Below are positions 17,250 through 26,016 of a stretch of DNA of 64,000 bases, one piece after another. The stretch covers positions 1-64,000 of IMG/VR virus record IMGVR_UViG_3300028048_000063. One strand, written 5' to 3'. Origin of the DNA: a virus. Taxonomy: Duplodnaviria > Caudoviricetes. The first letter of the stretch is position 1, and each line of letters starts with the position of its first letter. A program made the position numbers and the translations under genes. Under the pieces are notes generated by a model. It searched no databases. It had not been told where the DNA came from and saw only the letters and a program-made list of their open reading frames with translations.

Positions 17250-19082
17250 TTATTTCTCAATATATTTGCATGATGGGTATCCTGAGCATCCCCAGAATGT
17301 ACCATACTTTGATTTTCTACGTACTAATGGTTTACCACAGTTTGGGCAGATCTTTGTTTCTGGCACAACCTTTTTTACTGAATCTTCAAGTTTGGTATAA
17401 AACTCTTGCAAGAAATCTAAATAAGGCTTTTTACCTGTTGCAATAAGGTCTAGATCTGATTCTAATTCTGTTGTATAATGTAAATTAATTAGATCTGGAA
17501 AAGACTTATCTAAAAATGCAGATAATTGCATACCTTTCTCAGTAGGTGTAATCAACTTATTTTCTAAAGTACAATATCCCCTGTTTTCAGCAAGGATTGT
17601 TTTAAGAATTGTCGCAAATGTAGATGGTCTTCCTATACCTCTTTTATCTAACTCTTTGATGAATGTTGCTTCTGTATATCTCTTTGGAGGTGTGGTTTCC
17701 TTTGGCTCTACCTTTAATTCTGTCTTTTGAAGGATCTCTTTCTCAGTAAAAACTTCTTTAACCACTTCATCTTTGGATATCTCATCTTCTGTGTCTACAT
17801 GTATTTTTCTATATCCATCGAAGATGATCTCTTTAGAGTGCATAACAAATCTATGATCACCATTAGCAATATTGTATTGTGTGTCGCTAATGATAGCTGG
17901 AGCCATAGAACTCATTACAGTTCTTTCCCAAATTAATTTATAGATCTTGAGAAGGTTTTTATCGGAAATATAATCTTCTAAATCCTTTGGAGTCATATCT
18001 AAATTAATAACACGAAGACATTCATGAGCTTCTTGACTTCCTTCTGTTTTTGTACCTTTCTTAACAGGAGCATAGTATTGTTTTCCATATTTCGCTTTTA
18101 CATATTTTTCTAGGGTTTCTGCAAACTCTGGAGACATACTTGTGTCATCTGTTCTAATATATGTAATTAAAGCTGTATGAGATCCCATAATACTAATACC
18201 CTCGAAAAGCTTTTGAGCACAGCTCATAGCCGTGTCGATCGACATGCCATAAACCTTATTTGCTTCCTGTTGGAAAGTGCTAGTTGTAAATGGTGGTTTA
18301 GGGCTTTCTTTTTGCTCTTTTTTCTCAATAGAGCAAATTGCAAAATCCTTATTTTTACAGTCGTTTATGATCTGATCACATGCCTCTTTTGTAGGTAAAC
18401 GTTTAATTTCTTTCTTACTGGTTCCTGTATATTTTGCTTTAAATTTAGTCTTATTTTTTTCAAATAATAGGTAAAGATCAAAGTATTTTTCAGGTACGAA
18501 ATTTCTAATTTCCTCCTCTCTTTCTACTACAAGTTTAAGACCAGCAGATTGACATCTTCCTACAGATCTAGCTTGGATGTTATCTCTAGCTATGTTTGTG
18601 AGTCTATATCCAAGCATCTTATCAATAGCTGCACGTGATTTTGCAGCATCAACTAAATTGTCGTCTATCTTTCTTGGAGAATCTAAAGCTGCCAATACGG
18701 CAGGCTTTGTTACTTCATGGAAGGTAGCACGGGCATATTTTGATTCAGGTATTTTAAGCTGAGTTTTTAAATGCCATGCAATAGCTTCTCCTTCTCTATC
18801 TGGGTCGCTACAAATAAACACTTTTTCAGCATTTTGTACTGCTGCCTTAAGCTTTTCTACGATATCTTTTTTAGAAGGCATAACACTATAGTTAATCTTA
18901 AAATTGTGCGTAGGATCTATTCCTGTATTCCAATAAGATCCACCGTCTTTGATTTCTGTAATATGGCCTGCCGAAGCCAGAACGGTAGCATTTGTATATC
19001 CACCGTCTTTTAAAATTTTTTTAATTGTAGAACATTTATTAGGTGACTCTACAAGTATTAAAATTTTTGCATCTTTTTTCAT
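17250..19082 (-). CDS. topA: type IA DNA topoisomerase I
   Basis: VESPNK, SDPDREGEAIAWH, SVGRCQS, ITYIRTD (catalytic Tyr), QEAHECLR, GIGRPSTF, C-terminal Zn ribbon CPNCG...GCSGYPSC. Confidence 0.95.
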   Translation of the reverse strand: MKKDAKILILVESPNKCSTIKKILKDGGYTNATVLASAGHITEIKDGGSYWNTGIDPTHNFKINYSVMPSKKDIVEKLKAAVQNAEKVFICSDPDREGEAIAWHLKTQLKIPESKYARATFHEVTKPAVLAALDSPRKIDDNLVDAAKSRAAIDKMLGYRLTNIARDNIQARSVGRCQSAGLKLVVEREEEIRNFVPEKYFDLYLLFEKNKTKFKAKYTGTSKKEIKRLPTKEACDQIINDCKNKDFAICSIEKKEQKESPKPPFTTSTFQQEANKVYGMSIDTAMSCAQKLFEGISIMGSHTALITYIRTDDTSMSPEFAETLEKYVKAKYGKQYYAPVKKGTKTEGSQEAHECLRVINLDMTPKDLEDYISDKNLLKIYKLIWERTVMSSMAPAIISDTQYNIANGDHRFVMHSKEIIFDGYRKIHVDTEDEISKDEVVKEVFTEKEILQKTELKVEPKETTPPKRYTEATFIKELDKRGIGRPSTFATILKTILAENRGYCTLENKLITPTEKGMQLSAFLDKSFPDLINLHYTTELESDLDLIATGKKPYLDFLQEFYTKLEDSVKKVVPETKICPNCGKPLVRRKSKYGTFWGCSGYPSCKYIEK

Positions 19083-19459
19083 TATTCTTCTCCACTCTCT
19101 CCAATTAAATATATATTACCATCAACTGAATAAATCTCCTGAGTATCTATAAGATAATCCTGTATTATTTTTAGAGCATATTCTATAAGTGTTACATAGT
19201 TTGGGTTATCTGTATCAAGTTTTTGGTCTGCTTTTTTAGTCCACATAAGACTAAGGTGTCTGTACTGTTTCTTAGGCCAATAAGGACAACAATAAGAGTC
19301 GGTTCCTGTGTCTATTGCTGCTTTGAACAAATATACTTTATTATTATCTATATTTTTTATTTTCACGTCCCAATAATATGTATCATATGTATTTCCATAG
19401 ATTTTTACAAACCTGTTGTTAATTTTGTGTATTGAAATTTTTTTAAGTTTAAGCTCCAT
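19082..19459 (-). CDS. hypothetical protein
   Basis: 125-aa ORF with AGGAG RBS. Confidence 0.7.
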   Translation of the reverse strand: MELKLKKISIHKINNRFVKIYGNTYDTYYWDVKIKNIDNNKVYLFKAAIDTGTDSYCCPYWPKKQYRHLSLMWTKKADQKLDTDNPNYVTLIEYALKIIQDYLIDTQEIYSVDGNIYLIGESGEE

Positions 19460-19463
19460 ATAT

Positions 19464-19802
19464 TTACTCTCCTACATTGTTTCCTAACCACTCTTTAATA
19501 AGGTAATCATACATGTCATCTAAAGAAGCTAATTGTGGCATGTGGGCTATTTGTTTTTGTTTTTCTTCTTCCGCTAAATCGTCAAATTCATAAAGATAAT
19601 AACCAATTAAATCATCTCGATCGTCGAATTCTTCTTGTAGTATTTTTACCAATAAGTCTTCGTATTCTGTGTAAATAAAAGCAGGCATAGGAAACCTATC
19701 ATCTCCACACATTTTTTCTAATACTGTACAGAACTCATCTTCTTTTTTTCTTTGTTCTTTAATAAAATTTATTACTTCTACAAATCTTTCTCTCTTCATC
19801 AT
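19464..19802 (-). CDS. hypothetical protein
   Basis: AAGGAGG RBS, 112 aa. Confidence 0.75.
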   Translation of the reverse strand: MMKRERFVEVINFIKEQRKKEDEFCTVLEKMCGDDRFPMPAFIYTEYEDLLVKILQEEFDDRDDLIGYYLYEFDDLAEEEKQKQIAHMPQLASLDDMYDYLIKEWLGNNVGE

Positions 19803-19813
19803 ATGTGTCCTCC

Positions 19814-20356
19814 TTAACTAAAATCCCAGTCAGGTGTTAGATCGTATGGTCCGTCTGTTCTATAATGGGGTACTAACATAGGTATAAACTGCTTCCATTC
19901 TTCTGCGTTTCGTGTATCCCAGATAGAGCTTGAATGCGCTAATAATCCATTTAATCCTCTGTCGGCGTGGTTTTCTTTTAATTCTTCTTCGCTTAATAGT
20001 GAATTACCTTTTCTATCCACGATGGTTTTTATCATTTCATCAGAGGAAATTATCTCATCATATTCATCTTTAATAAAATATTCATGAGAATTAAATAACT
20101 TTTTCCAGTCTTCTAAATTATAAATATTTATAAAAGGATAAATACAAAGATCAAAATGCCAGCCACAGGACGATTTACCAATATGTAAACCTTCTTGTTC
20201 GACCGTACATTTATCAAAATCTAAGACACAAGCGCTTTTATCGAGCTCTCCTGTTCCCATTTTGTATATATCTCTTTCGATATATTGACCAAGTCTATTG
20301 ATCGGAAGGATCCAAGGCGTGCTATCTTTTTTATGTAAATAATAATTGCAACCCAT
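19814..20356 (-). CDS. conserved phage hypothetical protein (MGCNYY...LHIGKSSCGWHF type)
   Basis: Recognisable HIGKSSxGWxF and IKDEYD motifs. Confidence 0.75.
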   Translation of the reverse strand: MGCNYYLHKKDSTPWILPINRLGQYIERDIYKMGTGELDKSACVLDFDKCTVEQEGLHIGKSSCGWHFDLCIYPFINIYNLEDWKKLFNSHEYFIKDEYDEIISSDEMIKTIVDRKGNSLLSEEELKENHADRGLNGLLAHSSSIWDTRNAEEWKQFIPMLVPHYRTDGPYDLTPDWDFS

Positions 20357-20359
20357 AAT

Positions 20360-20611
20360 TTACCACTCCACTCTAATTTCATAAGAACTATATTGTTTTT
20401 CTAATTTATAACCTAATTCTTCTAACTTTTTCTCTGCGTTTTCAAGTGCGGTTTTACTTATATATAACTTTGGAAGTCCGTATATTAATACTTTTTCATT
20501 TCTCATAGCGCATTCTCTAATATGTTTCATTATATCATCAAAAAGATAATCAGAATTATCTGCTATCGCTGCTGCTTCTTTTGCTGTTAAAACATCTTTT
20601 GTTAAGTCCAT
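20360..20611 (-). CDS. hypothetical protein
   Basis: 83-aa ORF with AAGGAG RBS. Confidence 0.7.
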   Translation of the reverse strand: MDLTKDVLTAKEAAAIADNSDYLFDDIMKHIRECAMRNEKVLIYGLPKLYISKTALENAEKKLEELGYKLEKQYSSYEIRVEW

Positions 20612-20613
20612 AA

Positions 20614-21177
20614 TTATTCTCCTTTCTTATTTGAATTGTATTTACAAGTGTCACATTCATTATCACAATTCTCACCTTGTTCATCATTTGCAATACAGTT
20701 TACAGTGTCATACTTTGTATCAAATACTTCTGCATATTCTGGATTATTTTTCTTTACCCATTCTTCCCATTCTTTTTGTTCATTTTCGTCATACCAGTGC
20801 CCATATTCATTCTTTTTATAATATGGATGTTCTTTTAGGAAATCATCTAATGCTTCTTTTGCATCATCTTCATCCCAACAAAGCATAGTAGAATTATCTG
20901 GAAGTTCTAATACTGTTGCAACTGTTTCACCTTCATTTACAAATTCAAACTTTGGTGAATTATCATCAAAAAATACATCACACCATTGAACAATTACACA
21001 ATAACTATCACTGGTTATATTAATATTTGTGTAACCGCCAGTATGACTTTTTTCTTTGACTTCATTTGACTTCATATCTTGTTGCATTAAAAACTCAACA
21101 AACTCTCCCACCATTCCTGCTTTAACTTCTTCTGGTGTGAATGCTTTTTCATTATATGGTATTATCATTGGTTTCAT
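20614..21177 (-). CDS. hypothetical protein with C-terminal Cys cluster
   Basis: AGGAGG RBS; C...CDNECDTC tail. Confidence 0.75.
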   Translation of the reverse strand: MKPMIIPYNEKAFTPEEVKAGMVGEFVEFLMQQDMKSNEVKEKSHTGGYTNINITSDSYCVIVQWCDVFFDDNSPKFEFVNEGETVATVLELPDNSTMLCWDEDDAKEALDDFLKEHPYYKKNEYGHWYDENEQKEWEEWVKKNNPEYAEVFDTKYDTVNCIANDEQGENCDNECDTCKYNSNKKGE

Positions 21178-21189
21178 TTTTATTTCCTC

Positions 21190-22056
21190 CTAGTCTAAAA
21201 ATAGTGAATAATCTTTTTTTCTTATGTACTTTACTAATGCTATATTATTTTTAAAAGTATTATTATAATCCTGTTCAGATATTTCTATCTCACCAGTTTC
21301 ATAGTTAATAACTTTTGGTGTTGTCCAATGTGGTTTAGCCCCAGCTTGCCAATACCAATCTATATCAAAATGATCATCAATTGGATAGTTTACAAAGCCT
21401 CTTCTGTTTTCATTAAAATCAACACAATCTACAATTTCACGGTCTTCAGGATTATAATATCTTAAAACAACTTCTCTGTAATGGTCTTGAAGTTTTTTGT
21501 TATATCCTTCCCACATTTTTGAGTCATATCCATGATCATACATCTCATCCCTTTCTTGTAATACAAAGTTCTTTTTACTAATCACTACATACTCACTATC
21601 TTCACTACTATAAGACATAGCAATAACATAAGGATAATATGGAATTAAATCTAAAATTGTATCGAAGTGTATGTCGATCGTGATATATACTCCGTGTTTA
21701 TTTAATTCTTTTAAAGTGTCGTAATCTCTGCCCCAGTATCTGTATGTGTATGTGACGATATTTCTATATCCGCCCTTCTTACGTTTGTCTGGAACTGTAT
21801 CAAAATATTCAATAACCTCGAAATGATCGCATTTTTCAGCGACCATCATTTGATTTTGTTCTGTAACTGTAATTAATTGATGTTGGTGAATTACTCCACC
21901 TGTTTTTTGCTTAAAAATTTCAAAGCACTCTAATTCATCTGAATAGAGAACATGTGCTTTCTTAATTTCTTCTGGATCGTCTGATCCATCTGCTGTGCGA
22001 TGCTTCTCCATCATCATATGATCGTATAAGTCGCACTTACCACTAAATTTTGACAT
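21190..22056 (-). CDS. hypothetical protein (MSKFSGKCDLYDH type)
   Basis: 288-aa ORF with AAGGAG RBS and own promoter. Confidence 0.8.
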   Translation of the reverse strand: MSKFSGKCDLYDHMMMEKHRTADGSDDPEEIKKAHVLYSDELECFEIFKQKTGGVIHQHQLITVTEQNQMMVAEKCDHFEVIEYFDTVPDKRKKGGYRNIVTYTYRYWGRDYDTLKELNKHGVYITIDIHFDTILDLIPYYPYVIAMSYSSEDSEYVVISKKNFVLQERDEMYDHGYDSKMWEGYNKKLQDHYREVVLRYYNPEDREIVDCVDFNENRRGFVNYPIDDHFDIDWYWQAGAKPHWTTPKVINYETGEIEISEQDYNNTFKNNIALVKYIRKKDYSLFLD

Positions 22057-22124
22057 ATTTTCTTCTCCTTTCCCTTTTGGGTTATAAAATTGGCCTTTTG
22101 AGCCTTTTCGAGTTTCTTATTAAT

Positions 22125-22153
22125 ATTATACTGGATGTTTTATAAAAAGTCAA
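22125..22153 (-). promoter_or_regulatory. phage promoter family member
   Basis: TTGACT-17 nt (ending ATCCAG)-TATAAT. Confidence 0.85.
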
Positions 22154-22155
22154 TT

Positions 22156-23028
22156 TTATTCTTCTAAAACCAACACATTTACAAATCCAGATAATACTGT
22201 ACATGAATCTATCGCTATTACATTCTCTCCATAGAAGATCGTGTTGTCTTTGTCGCTGCCACCATAATGCCAATGAAAGTCACTGGCGTGCCAATGCCCG
22301 CATACTAATCTTTTACCCTTCTCAATCTCTTTATCAAAATATCCATCATCGATTAACCAGTAAGGGCATTTCCAGGTGGCTTCTACCCATTGTCTAGGTG
22401 TCGCGCATTCTCTCCAATTTGGTTCATATCTTGCAAAATCACAATAGGTTCCATGACTTTCGTAGAGTGGTATAAATGCATGTGTGATTATATAGTCGTT
22501 TAATTCAAGATAATTCACCCACTCGTCGCTTTCAAAAATCCATTCAATTAACTGCGACTGCTTTAAATCATTTCTAATCATATTCCAGGTTCTTCTGTCT
22601 AAAGCATGTTGGAAGTAATCATTAAATTTTTGTACCTCTATCCAATTCATATTAAAAATTGAATAATTATCAGGATCAGACCAAAATTTATTATAGTTGT
22701 TAAATACTTTAGTCTTTGGGTGTCTATCTTTATATAACTGGAACATTGTAAAAACTGTCCCGTTAGAAAAATCATGAGACTGTGGGAAAACCTTGTCTAC
22801 TAATTGTTTTAATAAGTATTCGTGATTTCCCCTAATTAAAACTCGTCTCTCTTTAGGGATGCTTCTTACAAATTTTAATATTTCAGCAGATTCCTCTCCA
22901 CGATCAAAAAGATCTCCGTTTAATACAAAACAATGTTCAGGATTATTTATATCATATCCTGCCTTATCTAATCCCTCTTTAAGTTCTGTATAAAAACTAT
23001 GTGTATCCGATACTATAAAATATTTCAT
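22156..23028 (-). CDS. calcineurin-like metallophosphoesterase
   Basis: SDTH, GDLFDRG, RGNHE, THA, CGHWH motifs. Confidence 0.9.
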   Translation of the reverse strand: MKYFIVSDTHSFYTELKEGLDKAGYDINNPEHCFVLNGDLFDRGEESAEILKFVRSIPKERRVLIRGNHEYLLKQLVDKVFPQSHDFSNGTVFTMFQLYKDRHPKTKVFNNYNKFWSDPDNYSIFNMNWIEVQKFNDYFQHALDRRTWNMIRNDLKQSQLIEWIFESDEWVNYLELNDYIITHAFIPLYESHGTYCDFARYEPNWRECATPRQWVEATWKCPYWLIDDGYFDKEIEKGKRLVCGHWHASDFHWHYGGSDKDNTIFYGENVIAIDSCTVLSGFVNVLVLEE

Positions 23029-23029
23029 A

Positions 23030-23179
23030 TTAATCTCTCCCGCTTTTTATTATTATAACGATAATCGCTGTGATGAAAGCTAACCCTAAAAAGATAGCTA
23101 TTGATAACATCACAGGATTGTTTAACCTTACAGTTCTAAAGTTGTCTGCAGGTGCTGATAATAATAAGTTTGATATCAT
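23030..23179 (-). CDS. 49-aa membrane peptide
   Basis: GGAG RBS; MISNLLL...VMLSIAIFLGLAFITAIIVIIIKSGRD. Confidence 0.5.
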   Translation of the reverse strand: MISNLLLSAPADNFRTVRLNNPVMLSIAIFLGLAFITAIIVIIIKSGRD

Positions 23180-23229
23180 TTATTTTTTACTCCGTTTTTT
23201 GCCCAATAAAATGGTGTTTTTATTCGGCA

Positions 23230-23523
23230 CTATTTTCCGAAAACTTCGATGTGCTTAAGTCTAACTGCTTCCTCTTTATAAGCGTCCGCAAGTTCGATTA
23301 AATAGCTCATACCTTCTGCTTCATATCTCTCTACTTCGACGAAGACTACGATCTTAGTTTTGATCTCTGCGAGAAAATATATAAAGTTAAGTAAATCATC
23401 TGCCCAGAAGAACAAACGCTCTTCTTTAAAGAATTCATAAGGTTCTTCTTTTGTTGATAATACAAAGTATTCGTTGTAATATGCTTTTTTAATATTATTG
23501 TTTGCTTCGTTTATTGTTGTCAT
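23230..23523 (-). CDS. hypothetical protein
   Basis: AGGAGG RBS, 97 aa. Confidence 0.7.
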   Translation of the reverse strand: MTTINEANNNIKKAYYNEYFVLSTKEEPYEFFKEERLFFWADDLLNFIYFLAEIKTKIVVFVEVERYEAEGMSYLIELADAYKEEAVRLKHIEVFGK

Positions 23524-23526
23524 GTT

Positions 23527-23778
23527 TTATATCCTCCTAGTACCTATCTCTGCTTCGTTTATTTTATTATATACTTTCAATGTATATTTCTTATCGTATA
23601 TATTATAATGTATATCGAATAATAAGTCAACTAAATTAACCGTAACCTTAAAAATCCCTACACACTCATTATCGATCTCTGTATAGCTGCATGGATCTAT
23701 AACTGGGATAACTTCTACGTCTGTTGTTGTTAATATATATTGTTGTATAACTTTGATCATTTCTTTTAATCTATTCAT
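23527..23778 (-). CDS. hypothetical protein
   Basis: AGGAGGAG RBS, 83 aa. Confidence 0.7.
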   Translation of the reverse strand: MNRLKEMIKVIQQYILTTTDVEVIPVIDPCSYTEIDNECVGIFKVTVNLVDLLFDIHYNIYDKKYTLKVYNKINEAEIGTRRI

Positions 23779-23786
23779 AGCTCCTC

Positions 23787-24140
23787 CTAGACGTGTATAT
23801 TCCTTAAATTAACGTCTGCCGCTTGTAGTGTTGGCCTTTGTGGTTTCTTTCTAAAAGCCCATTGTTCGATCCCGTCGACAACTACGCGCTCCATCCACCA
23901 AGACCCCCCTACGATACGTAGAGTTGGATCTACCACAGGCTCCGCGTTAGCGATTTTCTGATAAATTAAGACGGTAGCTTTTTGTACAAATTCCGCCACA
24001 GGGATTAGTCCCTCTCTATTTAATATGAATTTTATATTACGAAGACTGAATCCACCTTCTTTTAAAGCTTCTTCAGTCTCCTCTAATAAATTATATACCT
24101 GTGCTTCCGAATCCATTATCACCTCTATCTGTATCTTCAA
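23787..24140 (-). CDS. hypothetical phage protein (NLLEET...WWMER..DGxExW type); start uncertain
   Basis: ORF overlaps the dUTPase 3' end. Confidence 0.6.
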   Translation of the reverse strand: MKIQIEVIMDSEAQVYNLLEETEEALKEGGFSLRNIKFILNREGLIPVAEFVQKATVLIYQKIANAEPVVDPTLRIVGGSWWMERVVVDGIEQWAFRKKPQRPTLQAADVNLRNIHV

Positions 24141-24507
24141 GTGAATCTACTTGCTCTAATTCTATTTCTGGGATTGGTAAGATAACTAATTGTATAAGTT
24201 TATCACCCTTTTTGACTTTATGATTGAAACTTCCGTGATTATAAAGCTTTACAACGATTGGTCCTGTGTATCCTGAGTCAATCACACCTGTTCCAGTTAG
24301 ATCATGTTTAACGTTTAACCCACTTTTTGACTTTAAAAATCCGACATATCCTTCAGGAATTGCAATATGAACACCCGTATCGAATACTTTTGAATCGTGA
24401 GCTGGGATCAAAGTGTTGTCTCTTGATTTAAGATCAAACCCTGCATCTGTTTTATATGCTTTAATAGGCATATATGCGCCTTCGTCTAATGTAACTTTTA
24501 ATTTCAT
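24091..24507 (-). CDS. dut: trimeric dUTPase
   Basis: All five motifs: AGFDL, KSG, GVIDSGYTG, QLV, RGDNGFGSTG. Confidence 0.95.
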   Translation of the reverse strand: MKLKVTLDEGAYMPIKAYKTDAGFDLKSRDNTLIPAHDSKVFDTGVHIAIPEGYVGFLKSKSGLNVKHDLTGTGVIDSGYTGPIVVKLYNHGSFNHKVKKGDKLIQLVILPIPEIELEQVDSLEDTDRGDNGFGSTGI

Positions 24508-25676
24508 TTGTTTTCTACCTCCTTAAGTGTCTCTAATAACTTATCTATATCTTTAACAGTTGTATATTTTGTGAACGAAACACGAATTGTGTTTCTAATT
24601 TGCTTCTCTGTACGTCCCATTCCTACTAAAACATGTGATCCATTGAAACCACCTTTGGTCTCATCAACCTCTTCTGTGCAAGCAGATCCACCTGCAACAG
24701 CAATTTCTTGTGTTCCAAGTACTGAAGCAAGCTTATCATAATCACACATATTAGAGCAATCGAGACTTATAATATTTTTTTGGTCTGGAACTATGGTCAA
24801 TTTAATTTTTGGAAATTCAAAAATCAACCTCTTCATTAAGTAATTGTATAAATATACATAATGTTGTGCATAATCTGTAGCTTTATACATTTCTTTAACT
24901 GCAGCTGCTGTTCCGACAATTCCTGCAACGTTTGAAGTGCCTCCTCTGCGACCAAATTCTTGAGATCCTGCATTAATGAGAGGCATTGGACGATCCTCTG
25001 GATCACAAACCAGGATACCAACACCCGTTGGTCCGTAAATTTTGTGTGCAGAAAATGTTAAATATGTCGCTTTTGGGAAAATTGTTTTCAAACAAATGTT
25101 TGTACCACCATATCCTACACTTTGTGTGCAGTCAACAAGAGTTTTGATGCCCAGTTCTGCGGCCTTGTCGGAAATTACTCCAGCTTCATTATAGGTTCCG
25201 AGTTCATTATTAACTGAAGATGTACATATAAGGCATGTACTTTCTCTAATATATGGAGCAATAACATCCCATCTTAATCCTTTACTGTCTGGGGTTATGT
25301 AATCAACACAACACCCAAACTCTTCTAATTGCTTACAAGCATTAGTGATTGAGTCATGTTCAAAAGCTCCACAAATAATATGTGTAGATTTATGATCAAT
25401 TAGAAGTTGTTTAAGAGCTGTCATTTTAATAACCCAGTTATTTCCTTCTGTTGCACCAGATGTGAATATAATATGATCTGCAGAAGTTCCTATAACCTCT
25501 GCGATATCCTCTCTGGCGTCTTCTACGGCCACGTGAGCTTCGATACCATAATCATGGACAGATTGACTGTTGCCAACAAAACCGTCTGTTAAAAACGGTT
25601 TCATGGCGTCTAGTACAACTTTACTTATTGGAGTGTTTGCTGCTCCGTCTAAATATGTTTCTGCTTTTACTTTCAT
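24504..25676 (-). CDS. iscS: cysteine desulfurase (IscS/NifS family)
   Basis: YLDGAANTP, FTSGATEGNN, VNNELGT, SAHKIYGPTGVG (PLP Lys), GGSACT (catalytic Cys), IRVSF. Confidence 0.92.
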   Translation of the reverse strand: MKVKAETYLDGAANTPISKVVLDAMKPFLTDGFVGNSQSVHDYGIEAHVAVEDAREDIAEVIGTSADHIIFTSGATEGNNWVIKMTALKQLLIDHKSTHIICGAFEHDSITNACKQLEEFGCCVDYITPDSKGLRWDVIAPYIRESTCLICTSSVNNELGTYNEAGVISDKAAELGIKTLVDCTQSVGYGGTNICLKTIFPKATYLTFSAHKIYGPTGVGILVCDPEDRPMPLINAGSQEFGRRGGTSNVAGIVGTAAAVKEMYKATDYAQHYVYLYNYLMKRLIFEFPKIKLTIVPDQKNIISLDCSNMCDYDKLASVLGTQEIAVAGGSACTEEVDETKGGFNGSHVLVGMGRTEKQIRNTIRVSFTKYTTVKDIDKLLETLKEVENK

Positions 25677-25951
25677 AATCCTAATAATCCTTTTAATTTA
25701 CGATCACTTAAATCTCTACATCTGTTTTCAACAAAACGGACTAATTGCTTATAAGATAAGTTTTTGTCTGTCCTGAGTGTGATAACATCTGATTTTGTTG
25801 GGTGATCTGATAATCTGAACATCAATGAATATTGATCAGAATAAATTTTAAAATACCAAGAATCTGTAGAGATAGATTTTCTCTCCTCGATCTTGTATCC
25901 CTTTTTGCTAACTGTTTGCTCGATAATGTTTGTTATGTTTTCCATTTTCAT
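25673..25951 (-). CDS. hypothetical protein
   Basis: GGAGG RBS; STDSWY...FRLSDH. Confidence 0.7.
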   Translation of the reverse strand: MKMENITNIIEQTVSKKGYKIEERKSISTDSWYFKIYSDQYSLMFRLSDHPTKSDVITLRTDKNLSYKQLVRFVENRCRDLSDRKLKGLLGL

Positions 25952-25986
25952 ATTAATTTACCTCCGTTGTTTTGTTTGATATTAAT

Positions 25987-26015
25987 ATTATAATGGATAT
26001 TATCGTAAAAGTCAA
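25987..26015 (-). promoter_or_regulatory. phage promoter family member
   Basis: TTGACT-17 nt (ending ATCCAT)-TATAAT. Confidence 0.8.
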
Positions 26016-26016
26016 T

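Noticed and set aside
24504-25676. Complete Dnd/Ssp phosphorothioation system
   Set aside because: Only the desulfurase is present; no DndC/D/E or Ssp homologue is recognisable in this window.
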